Source: Pecten maximus
Taxonomy: Eukaryota
Assembly: GCF_902652985.1 (NCBI RefSeq)
Contig: NC_047017.1
Coordinates: 6,634,001-6,698,000 of the forward strand
Direction of reading: 5' to 3'
Length of the DNA: 64,000 bases
A program made the translations under genes and the position numbers. Position 1 is the stretch's first letter. Each line of letters begins with the position of its first letter. Below, in pieces: positions 27,001-42,000 of this stretch. The notes under the pieces were generated by a model. That model did not search any database and was not told the DNA's origin. It saw nothing but the letters and a program-made list of their open reading frames with translations.

Positions 27001-30000
27001 CGCCATCTTGGTTTTTCTGGCGAACCGTTCGATGGGTTGGTACGCGTGCACTCGCGATAAAGACAGCTCACAAATTGTGTGTTAGCACGTGATATTTTTT
27101 TGATCATCCAAGATATATCATACAAAACGTTTCTGATTAAGAGTTTAGATAATGGTGCATTGCTTTGAGCAAATGTTCACATCTTTACAACATATGAATA
27201 ATGAATACTAAATTTATAGCCAGAGAAGTCTGCAATAGTGATAACATTGCATTTAAATATTTGAAATAGATTTCATCATTTTTCTGATTCTGATGTAGTA
27301 CGTACGATACAACTGAAGGTAAAATTAAATTATTATTGTAAAACTAATATGCGAAAGTCGATGGATGAAAAAAAAAAAAAAAAAAAAGATGGAAAGAAGA
27401 TAAAAACAAGAACCGATCAATCTTTTGAGACACAATGACAATAATTCATTTTGCTTGTCATGTAATTTTATTTTTATCATTTCGTCGGACATTTTTATGG
27501 ATATATGACGAACATTTATCTGCCAACTAGCACGTGTACTGCACTCTGCAGTCATTATCAGACACGTGTGCGTGACAGTTTGATAGAAACATGATCAAAT
27601 AATCCAACAAAAATTAACACTTGTTTAGCAGAGACTGGCATTTACAAACCTATAAACGTCATATATATACAAAGTTTTATCTAATATTACGTGAAACTGA
27701 AAGAAGCCCTTCATAAATATATTTTATAAATTTGGAGTAACATCACACCATTGTCAGACTGTGTTAATTTGCGTGCTTTTACTTTCTCGAAGAATTTTTT
27801 TATACTGTGTGATAATATTTATGTCTGTAACTATTTATTTTGCTGATTATTTCAGAATTTCACGTTCCTTGACTGTTTGAGAGAGGTCATTATATTTTAG
27901 AAGTCTGATAGTTATCGCACTCAGACCATCATCTTGCTCTAAAGACGGACTCTCTATAGAACGAGCTGAGATGCTCTCCTTACTAAGTCGGTTGGAAGCA
28001 GAGTTGCGATTTATCTACATGTACTTTGATTTTTTGAAAAATCTTCCAATTATAGACTGTACATGTATATACATATATCAGTCAGTCATTCGATCGCCCA
28101 AACATTGACTTTTCTTCACATAATGTGATAATTCAGCTACAGTAGAACTAGAGGGGATTATGTGACCTATCGGCTACCGTAGAACGACACTGGATCATGT
28201 GACCTTTCGTCTACTGTAGAACTACGCTTCAGGTTATCTTTCGACTACCGTAGAACGAGACGGGATCATGCATATGACCTATCGGCTACCGTAGAACGGG
28301 ACGAAATCATGTGACCTTTCGGCTACCGTAGAACTCCAATGGTTTAGGTTATCTTTCGGCTGCCGTAGAACTAGCCGAAGTCATGTGACCTTTCGACTAC
28401 CATATTACTACTCTTCAGACAACCTTTTGGCTGCAGCAAAACTCCAAGAGCTCAGACTATCTTTCGGGCTATCGTATGACTTGACAAGGTCATGTGACAT
28501 TTTAGCTACCAGAGAACTAGTTGAAATAATGTGACCTTTCGATTGCTGTTGCTAAAGCAAGTCAAGTGTTGCTACCCATTTTACCTTGATTGGATAATGG
28601 TCAGTAAAGATCGTGTTGGGATTGGAGTCACGTAACATTTTGCCATCGAAAGTGGAAGTAAATAAAATATATTAAAATCTGTTGAAAATAGTTCATAAAT
28701 GGCTTAGACTTGTAAAGGTATATTGGAAATAACATTCATTTAAAAACTTTGTACTCGTTTTACGAGCCTGCAATATTGGACTCGTAACAGGAAAGCGATT
28801 CGAAGCTTTTAGGAAAATTATCAGAAAATCTATTTAAGGAATGCTCTTCAATAAAGGTTGGGAGAGGGATTTCTAAAAGCTCAAGACCCGTTAGCTTATC
28901 CTTAAGGTTTAAATACAATGGTTGCGGTTATTGAACTGGTTATTTGAAAAACTGTTTAGATCAAATTAATAAATTTGAAATAATGCTTGCACATACGAAT
29001 TTGACATTAGAAATCTATGTCAAATCGACGACACCCGTCATACAAATCTATGTCAAATCGAGGACACCCGCCATACAAATATATGTCAAATCGAGGACAC
29101 CAACCATAAAAATCTAGGTCAAATCGAGGACACCTGCCATAGAAATCTATGTCAAATCGACGATACCCGTCACACAAATTTATGTCAAATCGAGGACACC
29201 TGCCATAGAATCTAGGTCAAATCGAGGACACCTGCCATAGAAATCTATGTCAAATCGACGACACCCGCCATACAAATATATGTCAAATCGAGGACACCCG
29301 CCATACAAATCTAGGTCAAATCGAGGACAACAGCTATACAAATCTAGGTCAAATCGACGACACCCGCCATACAAATCTTTGTCAATTGACGACACCCACC
29401 ATTCAAATCCGGTTAAAGTAGCAATCTTAAAAAATATTCCACCAGGGGAGGCAACTAACGATATTTCGTAATCTTTTTACAATATAAAGTTAAACACGTG
29501 TATTTGTAATCCGTTGTCAAATTGATTTGAAATTCATAGTAATCACGGTTAATTACATTTACTTTTTAATGAAGCAAGTGGAACTGATTTGTGTCGGTAG
29601 ATTATTGATGATCATCATGCTATATTTAGATGAAGTTGTAAACATTAATTAGAATTGTCAATGAAAGGTAGCAAATACTAATTAAGTAATTAAAACACTG
29701 TATTATCGCATTCTTAACTTCTGTTTAGCCTGACCTACATTCTATTTGAAAATCACGGATGGATTCGTTTTTAGTATTCCTTTTCAGTGCTCGTCTGAAT
29801 TGAGTTATTTCTGATAACGCCATTTCCGGTAGAGCTACAATATGGCTACTGCAATGATAGGAAAAAGAAATAACTAAGAGAGGTTTAATACTTGAATAAA
29901 ATAAAGTGAAACAAAGGGAAGTAATTAAGCACGAACTTCCGGTAAACTATGTCTCATTTCCGAGTTCTTGACGTCATGTATATTATTGTCCTTTGATGTT

Positions 30001-33000
30001 TGGCTTGCTTTGGTATTGTTTAATGTTCTATCAACATGTTTGTTAATTCAAGGGCAGTCTTCCTTGTGTGCGAGATGAATACCAATAATAAGTGAGTATT
30101 CTGAGGGGCTTGGAATGTTCGCGCGTGTCTCCCTTTGGAAGCCCAGAACTGATGCCGACTACTGCCTGGTCAGAAGGCCTATCCACTTTGTCGAATGATA
30201 CTGGCAACGAACAACCCATTCGTACTACTTCCAAAATGCTAAGCGCTGAGCAGGAGTAGCAACTACCTTTTTTAAAGATACTGGTATGCCTCAGCCAGGT
30301 GACAGACCCAAAGCCTTCATTACCGGTGCGAGCGTAAAACTAAAGGCAAAAAGGGAGACAGTGTCAAGGGAGATACACATATGTATCACGAAGAAGAAAC
30401 AGTTGTTAAGAAAGAAGAGAAAAGATAAAATCCCACATTTTGTCGCCCCTTCGAATCATACAATGGAGCCGGCAGGTACAATTCTGACGCCCTAGCTGTA
30501 GGATAGGGTCATTTGACGGTACTAAACATTTGTTATGGTTCTTTTTATAATACATTTGAAGAATAGAGAGAAGCTTCAATTCAAGTTTAAAAAAAATCAT
30601 TACTATAAGTTAATTACATCATATAAGCCAATATAAGGTTGACCCGTGTTTGTGACCTTATGGTTTCGATATAGAAATGGAAATGTAATCTCTGCCTCGA
30701 ATGTTCTCTTTTGCCATTAACCAAATTCCACTCGTAACACAAAGATTACTGTTAAGACGATTCAAGGCATATGCTCAATGCAATTTAGAGAGTAGTCCTA
30801 CAGCACAAAAATACAATACTTCACACTTAATGTAAAACATTCACATCGATTTTCGGAACAGTTTTATATATTTTTTTCGTTTTATTTAATAATGTGAAAT
30901 TCACTGATCTTCCACTAATGTTGTCAAATTTCCAATTAAGATTGAAATAAGAAATCATGGACATTTAATGGACTTCGATTTTAATATCGTTATTAGATTT
31001 TAATATCGTAACTGTACGAAGCTTTTTCGGTTTATTCTGGTTTAAAGCCCCTTGGGGAGCTAGCGTCCTGTATACAGTTGCCATCAGTTACTACTAGGAG
31101 AGTCCGCCTCAAAATAACCCCTGTCACATTCTTACTAGGAGAGTCCATCTCAAAATAACCCCTGTCACATTCTTACTAGCAGAGTCCGCCTCAAAATAAC
31201 CCCTGTCACATTCTTACTAGGAGAGTCGGCCTCAAAATAACCCCTGTCACATTCTTACTAGGAGAGTCCGCCTCAAAATAACCCCTGTCACATTCTTACT
31301 AGGAGAGTCGGCCTCAAAATAACCCCTGTCACATTCTTACTAGGAGAGTCGGCCTCAAAATAACCCCTGTCACATTCTTACTAGGAGAGTCTGACCCAAA
31401 ATAACCCCTGTCACATTATATCCAGGGCCATGGGGGTAAGGTGTCTAGCCCAAGGACACAACACCACAAGAACACAGAATAGCATGTCAGCTTGTCAGCT
31501 TCCCTCACCTCAAATCTTCATCTGACGTTGCGTTGGCCGACGGTCTACCCACTGAGAATCACGGCCCTACTTTTACACACTTTTACAACACCGCCGTTCG
31601 TGAAACATATTATTTTCGCCTTTGTTCATAATATAATATAATTTTTAGTTATCAGTACGTAAAAGCACTGCAGTTGATATACACAATAGTAGGCCATTGG
31701 TCTTATGCTGTATCAACAGATTGACTCCTTATTAATACACAAATTCAGTCTCAATTTATTGGCAATGAGAAAATTAGAATCAATGACGACTTCCTAATGA
31801 AAGAAATTTAATTTGTCAGTAGAAATATGAAATTAGATGAAACCATTGTCCAATTCATACACTTTATAATATCTTTGCTACCTACTTTGTAAGCTTACAT
31901 TATAACTTCCTTCTGCCAATAAGGTCAACCCTAACACAAAATAAAATAGACATGAAAACAAAAGATGTTTTTGTTGACAGAAAAAAATAATATTAAACAT
32001 AGCTACTTTATGTTCTTAAATATCATTTAACTTTCTGGTTTGTAAGCTTAAACCGTAACCTACTTCGATCAATAATGAATAATACTTTTTATATGCCTAC
32101 CATACACCAATACAGCCTGTTTTTATTCTTTTACATCATTCTGTTAATCAAAAACTGGATCTCGTATATTTTGTGGGCGGTCAAGCGGATTCTATTAACC
32201 AGAATTATATCTGGCCATAATCATTTAACACAAGTTCATGACCCCAATGAATCAATTGCCTGTATATTAACCGATGGTCAAGTCTCTGTTATAATTCCAC
32301 ACCATGCTTCTTCAAAAGTACCGAAAACCGCCTTTCATCTATCGGTAGACAGTCCTGGAATTTAACTCGCATCAAATACACAGCATCAAACACAAATGGA
32401 TTCTTAACAGGGAGATACGACTGTGTTAAGGGGCGTTTACAGTCAAACGTTTCTCCAGAGAGAGAGAAAAGGAGCCTTTTGGGACCTGGATCGATATCAA
32501 AATGGGACTGATGGGGTTTATCGAAATAGGCTCGGGTAGTAGGATGTTTTCATTAAACGACTTTGCCGATGGCCAAGGAAACGTTAATTATGAGAAGAGC
32601 TTGTCCATTTGTCGGCTGTCGTATAATTTCCTTGGTACACAATGACATCCATGCTCTCAGCAATACCGTCTGAAAGAGACCATTCACACAAAACCGTTCT
32701 CTACGGATTGTACAAACTACAATTTAGTGTACATCATCCGTAAATATGATTTAGTCATATACACATATACATGATCAATACATGTAATGAATGTAAAAAG
32801 AAAAAAAAAAAAATGCATCATACAGTCGGTTCGTTTAATTAGGACTGTCAGTACTGCGAGAGACTAAAGGATAAATAAAAATCAGAATTATGTTAGGTAT
32901 GACAAAACAAATAAACCTGATTTGATGGAATTGTTTAATTGTTTAATTGTTAATTATTGGGTTTATCGGATATCCTATATCATTCACACAGCTATGAACG

Positions 33001-36000
33001 TAACTGTTGCATGCGGTGTATGTTCATACATGCATGGATGAATTGAAACTCATGACTGTATTTGGACATTTTAGATATCAATATTTCAATTGTATAGATA
33101 AGTGTCCCGTCATGTTAACGATTTCGTCAATGTCAACGTCATTCACGGACAGTCTAACGGCATCTGATTGCTTTCCCCTAACGATGATCTCTCTCAGTTA
33201 ACGTGAAAAATAAAAACTTGTGAAAAACCAAGAGTCAAAATTTCAAAATTTAAAATTGAAAAAAAAAAAAAAAAAAAAAAAAATTTAAATAAAAAAAAAA
33301 AAGGAAAAAGCAATTTATTGGCTGAATAATAATTAAAGGGTTACAGGGATGATATTTGGATCAGTTGATGCATTTTACTCGTACATGGAACCAATCTATC
33401 ATTATAAATACTGTAAGCTTGTCAGGAACGGACTACTATGATAAGAAGTATAAAAGTTCTGTTTCCAAATCATAAAATTTGATAAATAATTACTAGGTAC
33501 AGATATCGCCAAACCTTAATCTAGCTCCATTGAAAAAACAATATTTCCAACATACAGGAAAGTCTCGTTTCTGTTTTTATTAAAAGAGGATTTCTGCCAA
33601 AAACAATTCACACTAAAACGCCATTATAATACACTACTTTATGAACCACCGTTTGTCTGAGAAGTATCATGTTAAAGCGTGTAGCTGACGGTGTCAAGAC
33701 CTAGGTCATCAACGTGCTTGTACGCAACAAAACACATGTACGAAAGATGTCCCGGGCGTCCTCGAGCGGAGACGATCGCCAGTGCCAGATCTCTGTTTGG
33801 CGCAGTACCACCATACCGGCGTGCTCCCTTGAGACCGCGCTGAACCACTAACAGTTCTATGTATCTGTTGTGCTTGATCTTAACCAGATACTTCCTGGGC
33901 ATATAACTGTACACTGAGGCTGAATTAAATGCAAAAGCGTGTGTAAAAGGTATCAAATATTTGTCAATAGTCAAGTATATTTCAAATGTATGTAAAATTC
34001 ATCCATTTCACACACACGACGGTTTGATCGACTATCTGGCAGCTGACAAGATTCTGATATTTGAAATAAAAAACATATAACATTCAAGTGATTATACTAT
34101 CTAGTTGCGTTTTCATCATTCTTAGAAATGCAGGTCTTTGGTATTTCCGGCTCCGAATTTGGAACTATATTTCCTTTGCGGAAGCCCTACGGGAAGACTT
34201 CGATAGCACTCTTGTGATCAATTTGTCTTCATGAGCCACATATCACTGACACCTGCGCGCGCGGTGTTTCCTAATGACCCCAGACAGCGCTCGTAAAAAC
34301 CCTGCCCTTTGCCCGCGAACAATAATTGGCGACCTTGACTTAACTATCAAAATAAAAGTTACATGGTCAACTGTAAACATAACATATGATGAGTTGCTTC
34401 ATTTGGAATGTCTAATTCACTAATGCAACACCTAATTCGTGTAACCGGCAAGACAGTCTGGCCTTCATTTTGCAAAGACAATAAAAGTTTGTCACGTGAT
34501 CTAAGATGATGGAGATTTATTTTCAAGTCGAAAGTTTTTCTTCGTAATAGCTTTTTGTTTTAGTGTCACGTTGCTTTTTGTCAGTAATTCTGTACATGTA
34601 AGTCGATCTTAATTGGAGGAACGAATGCACTATTTTTCATAGTTAGCATAGCTGTGTATGGTGAAACCGGCATCGCTAACTAACGGATGTGCGGGCGATA
34701 TTACTCCCTTTTAAGTAGATATCGGGATGGGTTGGAAGATAATTGGAACGACTCTTGAAGCAGTGTTTATTACAAAGATAGTAGCGATTCGTATCAGTAA
34801 AACGCAATGCTGTGTAGAATTAACAGTGACAGAACGGTTTTAAGATAGTTTAAACCTTGGTAAAACTCCAAGGGTATCCACAGACGTCTTGAACATTTTG
34901 AGATTAATACTTCCTGCAGACAAGATTTGACATTGTTTTCAAAACGATTGATGCACGACTGAAACAGTTTCGACAGTAACACCATAAAAACTAAAAGGTT
35001 TTACTCAACACTCAATCTACATTAAAAACTCGATTTTCATCGTTCTACATGTGAAAACTCCATTTTTCATCTTTGATGATCTGTCATTTTCATACCTCCA
35101 TGTGAAATATTCTAAAGGACTGAATATTTTATATTATTCTTACAATTATTGGTCAAAAAGTTCCTTAAACGCCCCCCCCCCCCCCCCCCCCTAAAAATAG
35201 CATACTCTGAATTACAGTTTGCTACAAACATATTTCAGGATCCGGTTCTAGTCTTAAACATGGCGATTGCATGATTCTACTTTGTATCATATTCTGAGGG
35301 ATGAAAGTTGACAAGGCAAACTCGGACTGCCATTGTGGATGACTGTTTTCAGAACAAGAGGTCAAAACCGCACAGAACCTTTCCGAAGTAATGGAGATTT
35401 ATCAGATAGTGAATGTGTACCGATAAACAAAACCGCGATCAAGGGACATACCTTGAATAATTAATGGCGGCTGGATCCAGCCACATGAAGTCTCCGTCAC
35501 ACTGGCTGTTGAAGGTACGCAACACGGCAAGTTGAGCCTGTGTTGAATTAATTTGGTACGTTTTCTATCGAATCCTTGATATTACATATGTACATGTACC
35601 AAGAATATTTCATGATACAATGTTCATTTTTTTCTTTCTATCCCCCTTGCTACAGATGTTTTATCATACTTATCAAATCAACTTCATCTACTAAATGCAA
35701 TATGTAATGGACACCTTTTTGATTTTCTCCTCGCTAGAACTTTGCTGAACTACTAAACATGTTTTCCCATTTCCCCCTTTTGTAGAGCAGTAGTGACCAG
35801 TACCTTTTCTCCCGGCCGTACCATTCCCAAATGTTCCTTAAGTTAGAACAACGTTATTGGATCAAACACTTTTCCTACTTCCACCCCATCTTAATAAACC
35901 ATTGAGAATGTCTTCTAGTTCTAAAGTGCACACTTTCTGATGACGTCATACAAAGCGCTTATTGAAATGTTTTACTTTTAGTAACAAGTTATAAGATTTC

Positions 36001-39000
36001 TATTAGGCTATCTATAAATCACTCTTAACCTAATAGCAGAGATAAATATAGACAACTTTAAAACAATTTATCCTGAAACATTGATGCACAAACGTCACAT
36101 ACACTGATAGGCAGATAAGACAAAAGAATACATTTTGGCGGTTGTCTTATTTTTAGTTAGTTGGGCTTTCAAAAATTGCGGTTTGTATAATTTCTGTCAT
36201 TTTTCCAAAATACCAGGACTAAAAATCAAAAACAAATTTCCGTTAAGAACATAGGATTACAACCAAAGTTATTGTTCTATTGCAAAATGTGACTCCAAAA
36301 AGTATTGAAACATTCTTTTCCATCATTCCTTGAAGATCCATTTTGACCATAAAATTCAAAATTCAAAATTCCTTTTGACTCCAAAAGTATTGAAACATCC
36401 TTTTCCACCATTCCTTTAAAAAGATCCATTTTGACCATAAAATTCAACCTTTATCTCATGATTCCGATCATGCCCTCTGAAGACTTACACACATTCAGGT
36501 AAAACAATAACATTCAAATTTGAAATGTAACATTAAGGTTTCTTTACGGCCCTATCTACAATAAAAGTCATTTAGGGCGAATTGTTTAATAGTTTCTTTT
36601 TTGTTTGTTTTTGTTTGGTGTTTATTGTATTACATTCACTGGCAATTAAAGTCAGTTAATGCCAACAGTTTGATAGGTGATACGATCTCAACAGATTACG
36701 AAACATACATGTACAAGTGACAATTCATTCATTTGGTGAGTAACAAAAAAAAAAGAGTTCCTCCAAATCTCCTCCAACTATCCCCTTCCTCTCCAATACA
36801 ATCATTTGATAAAGTATAGTTGTATGATGTAAAAGGTCAAAGGTTGACAGAATGAGATGTTTTGTTGTTTCAGTCATTCGAGTGTTTTAGATAATGGGCA
36901 AGCGCCCTCTGGTGTGAGTTTCAAATATCGACATCACGGATGAAAAAGCCAGTTCTGGTATAATTACATTGGAACATTGATGATATGCATCAATGTGGTC
37001 GTTTGATAGGTACATGTACAAATGTTATTACGACAACCAGAAACATCTAGGTCTAACATAACTATTATACATTTCAAACAAATGGGGCTGTACCGATATT
37101 CAGCATCAATTTACGTTATCGATTTTTGTTTTCAAATTCCGGAGTTATGTGACTGAACGGTGTCATCGACGTAGCATGGTGTATGTTTTTTTTTCTAGAA
37201 CATGCGAGGGGCAACTTGATGGAAATGGATTCATTTCGACTGGCTTTAATGAGGTTTTCCATGCATTTGAAAAATCGTTTATATTCCATGATAGACTACT
37301 AATGTAAAGTGTCCCGTATATATATATATGTATTCTACGAAAGACGTCATTCCGTACATTTCTGAGCTCCGGAAAATACATAGGCGTTGCCTTGGTACGA
37401 AGTTTTACACAAAACACGTGAGAGAAAAATAAACAATTTCCCGTAGACATTACCCCGGTAAAGAGAATGGATACCTGACTGAAGTAACCTGACAGTACAG
37501 AAAATGACTTTCGACCGAAGGATTTATGGTCTTCGATCTAGTATATTACAACATTATTAGAAGTCGGTAAAGGCATGTCACCATAGCAACGCATTTTTTA
37601 TTTCGCTTTTGACGTAGGATGTGAAAAAAAAATATAGCACAGAACACTGTACCTTACCTTAAACATATTCTGTAAACTAGTCTACATATACATGTATTGT
37701 AGCTTCCTCTATTCTACATTAGTAACAAATTTTGTTAGCACTAGATCCAACCAAGCTGTGACCAAACTCATGCATCGACACTAAAGTGGATCATTTGCTG
37801 TTTGTTTTTGTTACGACTCAACAGCACCAAAACCCCTGTCCAAAATAAGACAAATATATGACTTACACACCAGGTGGAACCTCCTTTTATTATTATTAAT
37901 AACATTTAATTTGAAAATTCTACCATCGTTCTAATTCATACATTTTAGATTTCTTCAAAGATATTGCGTAGATATCTAATAAGTAGATATATACTTTATT
38001 ATCGAATATTGCAAAATATAATTTGTCCATTCCTTGGCCAACTTCATTTTCATGTTGTAAATATGATTTTCTGAAGTGTTTAGTAACATTCCCCGATATG
38101 TTAACTATGTATAGAAAATATATAACGAATAAAATATCATATTACGTTTTTTTCTTGTTACGTTGGAAATAATTCGCGATCTGCTGAATAAGGATCTTGT
38201 TATAATTCATTTTACTGAGTTGTCACCAAAGTCGTTTAATCATCTTCGGACACAGTTTTAATTGGCAAAATCACCTGTAACAGAACACAAGCCTTACAGA
38301 ATCTGTCTGATTTACTCATTTGCTCTGTTGTGCTGCCGTTGCTTGTTGCTTTCAATGTGATTATAGGCCAAGTGTTGAGTTTCTAGACGTTTCTGCTGAA
38401 ATCCCTCAGATATTGTTGACAGGTGAAAGGTCAAGTTGCCGAAGAAATGGAATGTACATTTCTTGAACATTTCTACGGAATGTACATTTTCCTTACACTG
38501 TTGACGAAATGTACATTTCCTATCACTATTTACGCAATCTACATTTCCTGATACTGTTTACGCAATCCTCATTTCCTTACAATGTTTACGAGATATACAT
38601 TCCATGACACTGTTTACAAAATGTACATTTCATGACACTGTTTACAAAATGTACATTTCATGACACTGTTTACGAAATTTACATTCCATGACACTGTTTA
38701 CGAAATTTACATTTCATGATACTGTTTACATAATGTACATTTCTTGACACTGTTTACAACATTCCCTGAGCCTGTTTACGAAATGAACATTTCCCTACAA
38801 TGTTTACGAAATGAACATTTCCCTACAATGTTTACGAAATGAACATTTCCCTACAATGTTTACGAGATGTAAATTCCCTACAATGTTTACGAACCCCCTC
38901 GTCTGTGCACATATCTAGTGCATCTTACAACCTGCACAATCATTCAACCGGCAATTTGATTTATAAATCCAGCATCTATCAAGTTACTATAGACAATCAG

Positions 39001-42000
39001 TACAAAAGTATCATCATTTAAAATTACAAAGGCATTAACGCGAACGGGACCATGTCGTTCCAAACACTAGCATAGTTAGTACAGGCTAGTTTTAATTGGT
39101 TTGAATGCCTTTTGTGCTTCTGTCCAAACAATATATCAAATGCTACAATCTTACGATACAAATCGAATTTCTATTAACCTACATAAGCATTCTATGTTTT
39201 AATTATGTAGAAAATGTTCATTTTCAGAGCAAACATGAATATCTTTAAAGTTTGTTAAGTTGTCGCTGTGCTGTGGATCCAGTCCAGGAACTATTGATTT
39301 TTTTTATCCAAAACTTGTGAATGGAACACTTTGTATTTTTTTCAGCGAGAACGCCCGAGCGAAAATAATGGCAATTTTGATAGCTTTGTAGATAAGAGAA
39401 ACCGAATCGTTTTCATGGTGTAGTGTTTTTCCCTTGTGTCTGTCGACAAATAATTGTGGGGCGTTGTGCCGACTGTCACATGTTATGTTATTTAGATCAT
39501 CCATCATCAAATTTAAACTTAAAGTCACAGAAAAAACCAAGAGCTTAGAAACCAAACTGCAACACAGGGCTTAAAAATGGTAAAAAAAGTGAAGTACGTT
39601 ATATTCTTGTTGCTAAAGTATGAAATTTGACTTTTAATCTTGTTTTCCTTCCTTTTCTTTTAATACCAACTATTTCTGATGTTGTCTTCCCTTTTGTTTT
39701 GGACATCCAATGTTCCGGGGTTGATTTCGCTTTATATATATGGTGTAGAATCATGTTATGGTATTCCCTCTATATCTATGGTATAGAATCATGTTATGGT
39801 ATTCCCCCTATATCTATTGTATAGAATCATGTTATGGTATTCCCTCTATATCTATGGTATAGAATCATGTTATGGTATCCCCCTATATCTATGGTATAGA
39901 ATCATGTTATGGTATTCCCCCCTATATCTATGGTATAGAATCATGTTATGGTATTCCCCCTGTATCTATGGTGTAGAATCATGTTATGGTATTCCCCTAT
40001 ATCTATGGTGTAGAATCATGTTATGGTATTCCCCTATATCTATGGTGTAGAATCATGTTATGGTATTCCCCCCTATATCTATGGTATAGAATCATGTTAT
40101 GGTATCCCCATATATCTATGGTGTAGAATCATGTTATGGTATTCCCCCCTATATCTATGATATATAATCATGTTATGGTATCCCCATATATCTATGGTAT
40201 AGAATCATGTTATGGTATCCCCCTATATCTATGGTGTAGAATCATGTTATGGTATTCCCTCCTATATCTATGGTGTAGAATCATGTTATGGTATTCCCCC
40301 TATATCTATGGTGTAGAATCATGTTATGGTATTCCCCCCTATATCTATGGTATAGAATCATGTTATGGTATCCCCCATATATCTATGGTGTAGAATCATG
40401 TTATGGTATTCCCCCTATATCTATGGTGTAGAATCATGTTATGGTATTCCCCCTATATCTATGGTGTAGAATCATGTTATGGTATTCCCCCTATATCTAT
40501 GGTATAGAATCATGTTATGGTATCCCCCTATATCTATGGTGTAGAATCATGTTATGGTATTCCCCCCTATATCTATGATATATAATCATGTGATGGTATC
40601 CCCCTATATCTATGGTATAGAATCATGTTATGGTATTCCCCCTATATCTATGGTATAGAATCATGTTATGGTATTCCCCCTATATCTATGGTGTAGAATC
40701 ATGTTATGGTATTCCCCCCTATATCTATGGTATATAATCATGTTATGGTATCCCCCCTATATCTATGGTGTAGAATCATGTTATGGTATCCCCCTATATC
40801 TATGGTGTAGAATCATGTTATGGTATTCCCCCTATATCTATGGTGTAGAATCATGTTATGGTATTCCCCCTATATCTATGGTGTAGAATCATGTTATGGT
40901 ATCCCCCCTATATCTATGGTGTAGAATCATGTTATGGTATTCCCCCCTATATCTATGGTATAGAATCATGTTATGGTATTCCCCCTATATCTATGGTGTA
41001 GAATCATGTTATGGTATTCCCCCCTATATCTATGGTGTAGAATCATGTTATGGTATCCCCCCTATATCTATGGTGTAGAATCATGTTATGGTATTCCCCC
41101 CTATATCTATGGTGTAGAATCATGTTATGGTACCCCCCCTATATCTATTGTATAGAATGATGTTATGGTATCCCCCCTATATCTATGGTGTAGAATCATG
41201 TTATGGTACCCCCCCCCTATATCTATTGTATAGAATGATGTTATGGTATTCCCCCTATATCTATGGTGTATAATCATGTTATGGTATTCCCCCTATATCT
41301 ATGGTGTATAATCATGTTATGGTATCCCCCCCTATATCTATGGTGTAGAATCATGTTATGGTATTCCCCCTATATCTATGGTGTAGAATCATGTTATGGT
41401 ATCCCCCTATATCTATGGTATAGAATCATGTTATGGTATCCTCCCTATATCTATGGTGTAGAATCATGTTATGGTATCCCCCCTATATCTATGGTGTAGA
41501 ATCATGTTATGGTATTCCCCCCTATATCTATGGTGTAGAATCATGTTATGGTATTCCCCCCTATATCTATGGTGTAGAATCATGTTATGGTATCCCCCCC
41601 TATATCTATGGTGTAGAATCATGTTATGGTATTCCCCCCTATATCTATGGTATAGAATCATGTTATGGTATCCTCCCTATATCTATGGTGTAGAATCATG
41701 TTATGGTATTCCCCCCTATATCTATGGTGTAGAATCATGTTATGGTATTCCCCCCTATATCTATGGTATAGAATCATGTTATGGTATTCCCCCTATATCT
41801 ACGGTGTAGAATCATGTTATGGTATTCCCCTATATCTATGGTGTAGAATCATGTTATGGTATTCCCCCCTATATCTATGGTATAGAATCATGTTATGGTA
41901 TCCTCCCCCCTATATCTATAGTGTATAATCATGTTATGGTATTCCCCCTTACATCTATGGTGTAGAATCATGTTATGGTATCCCCCCTATATCTATGGTA

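Noticed and set aside
32290-32670. Minus-strand acceptor followed by short protein-like open frames
   Set aside because: Frames are interrupted by stops and no motif could be assigned confidently.
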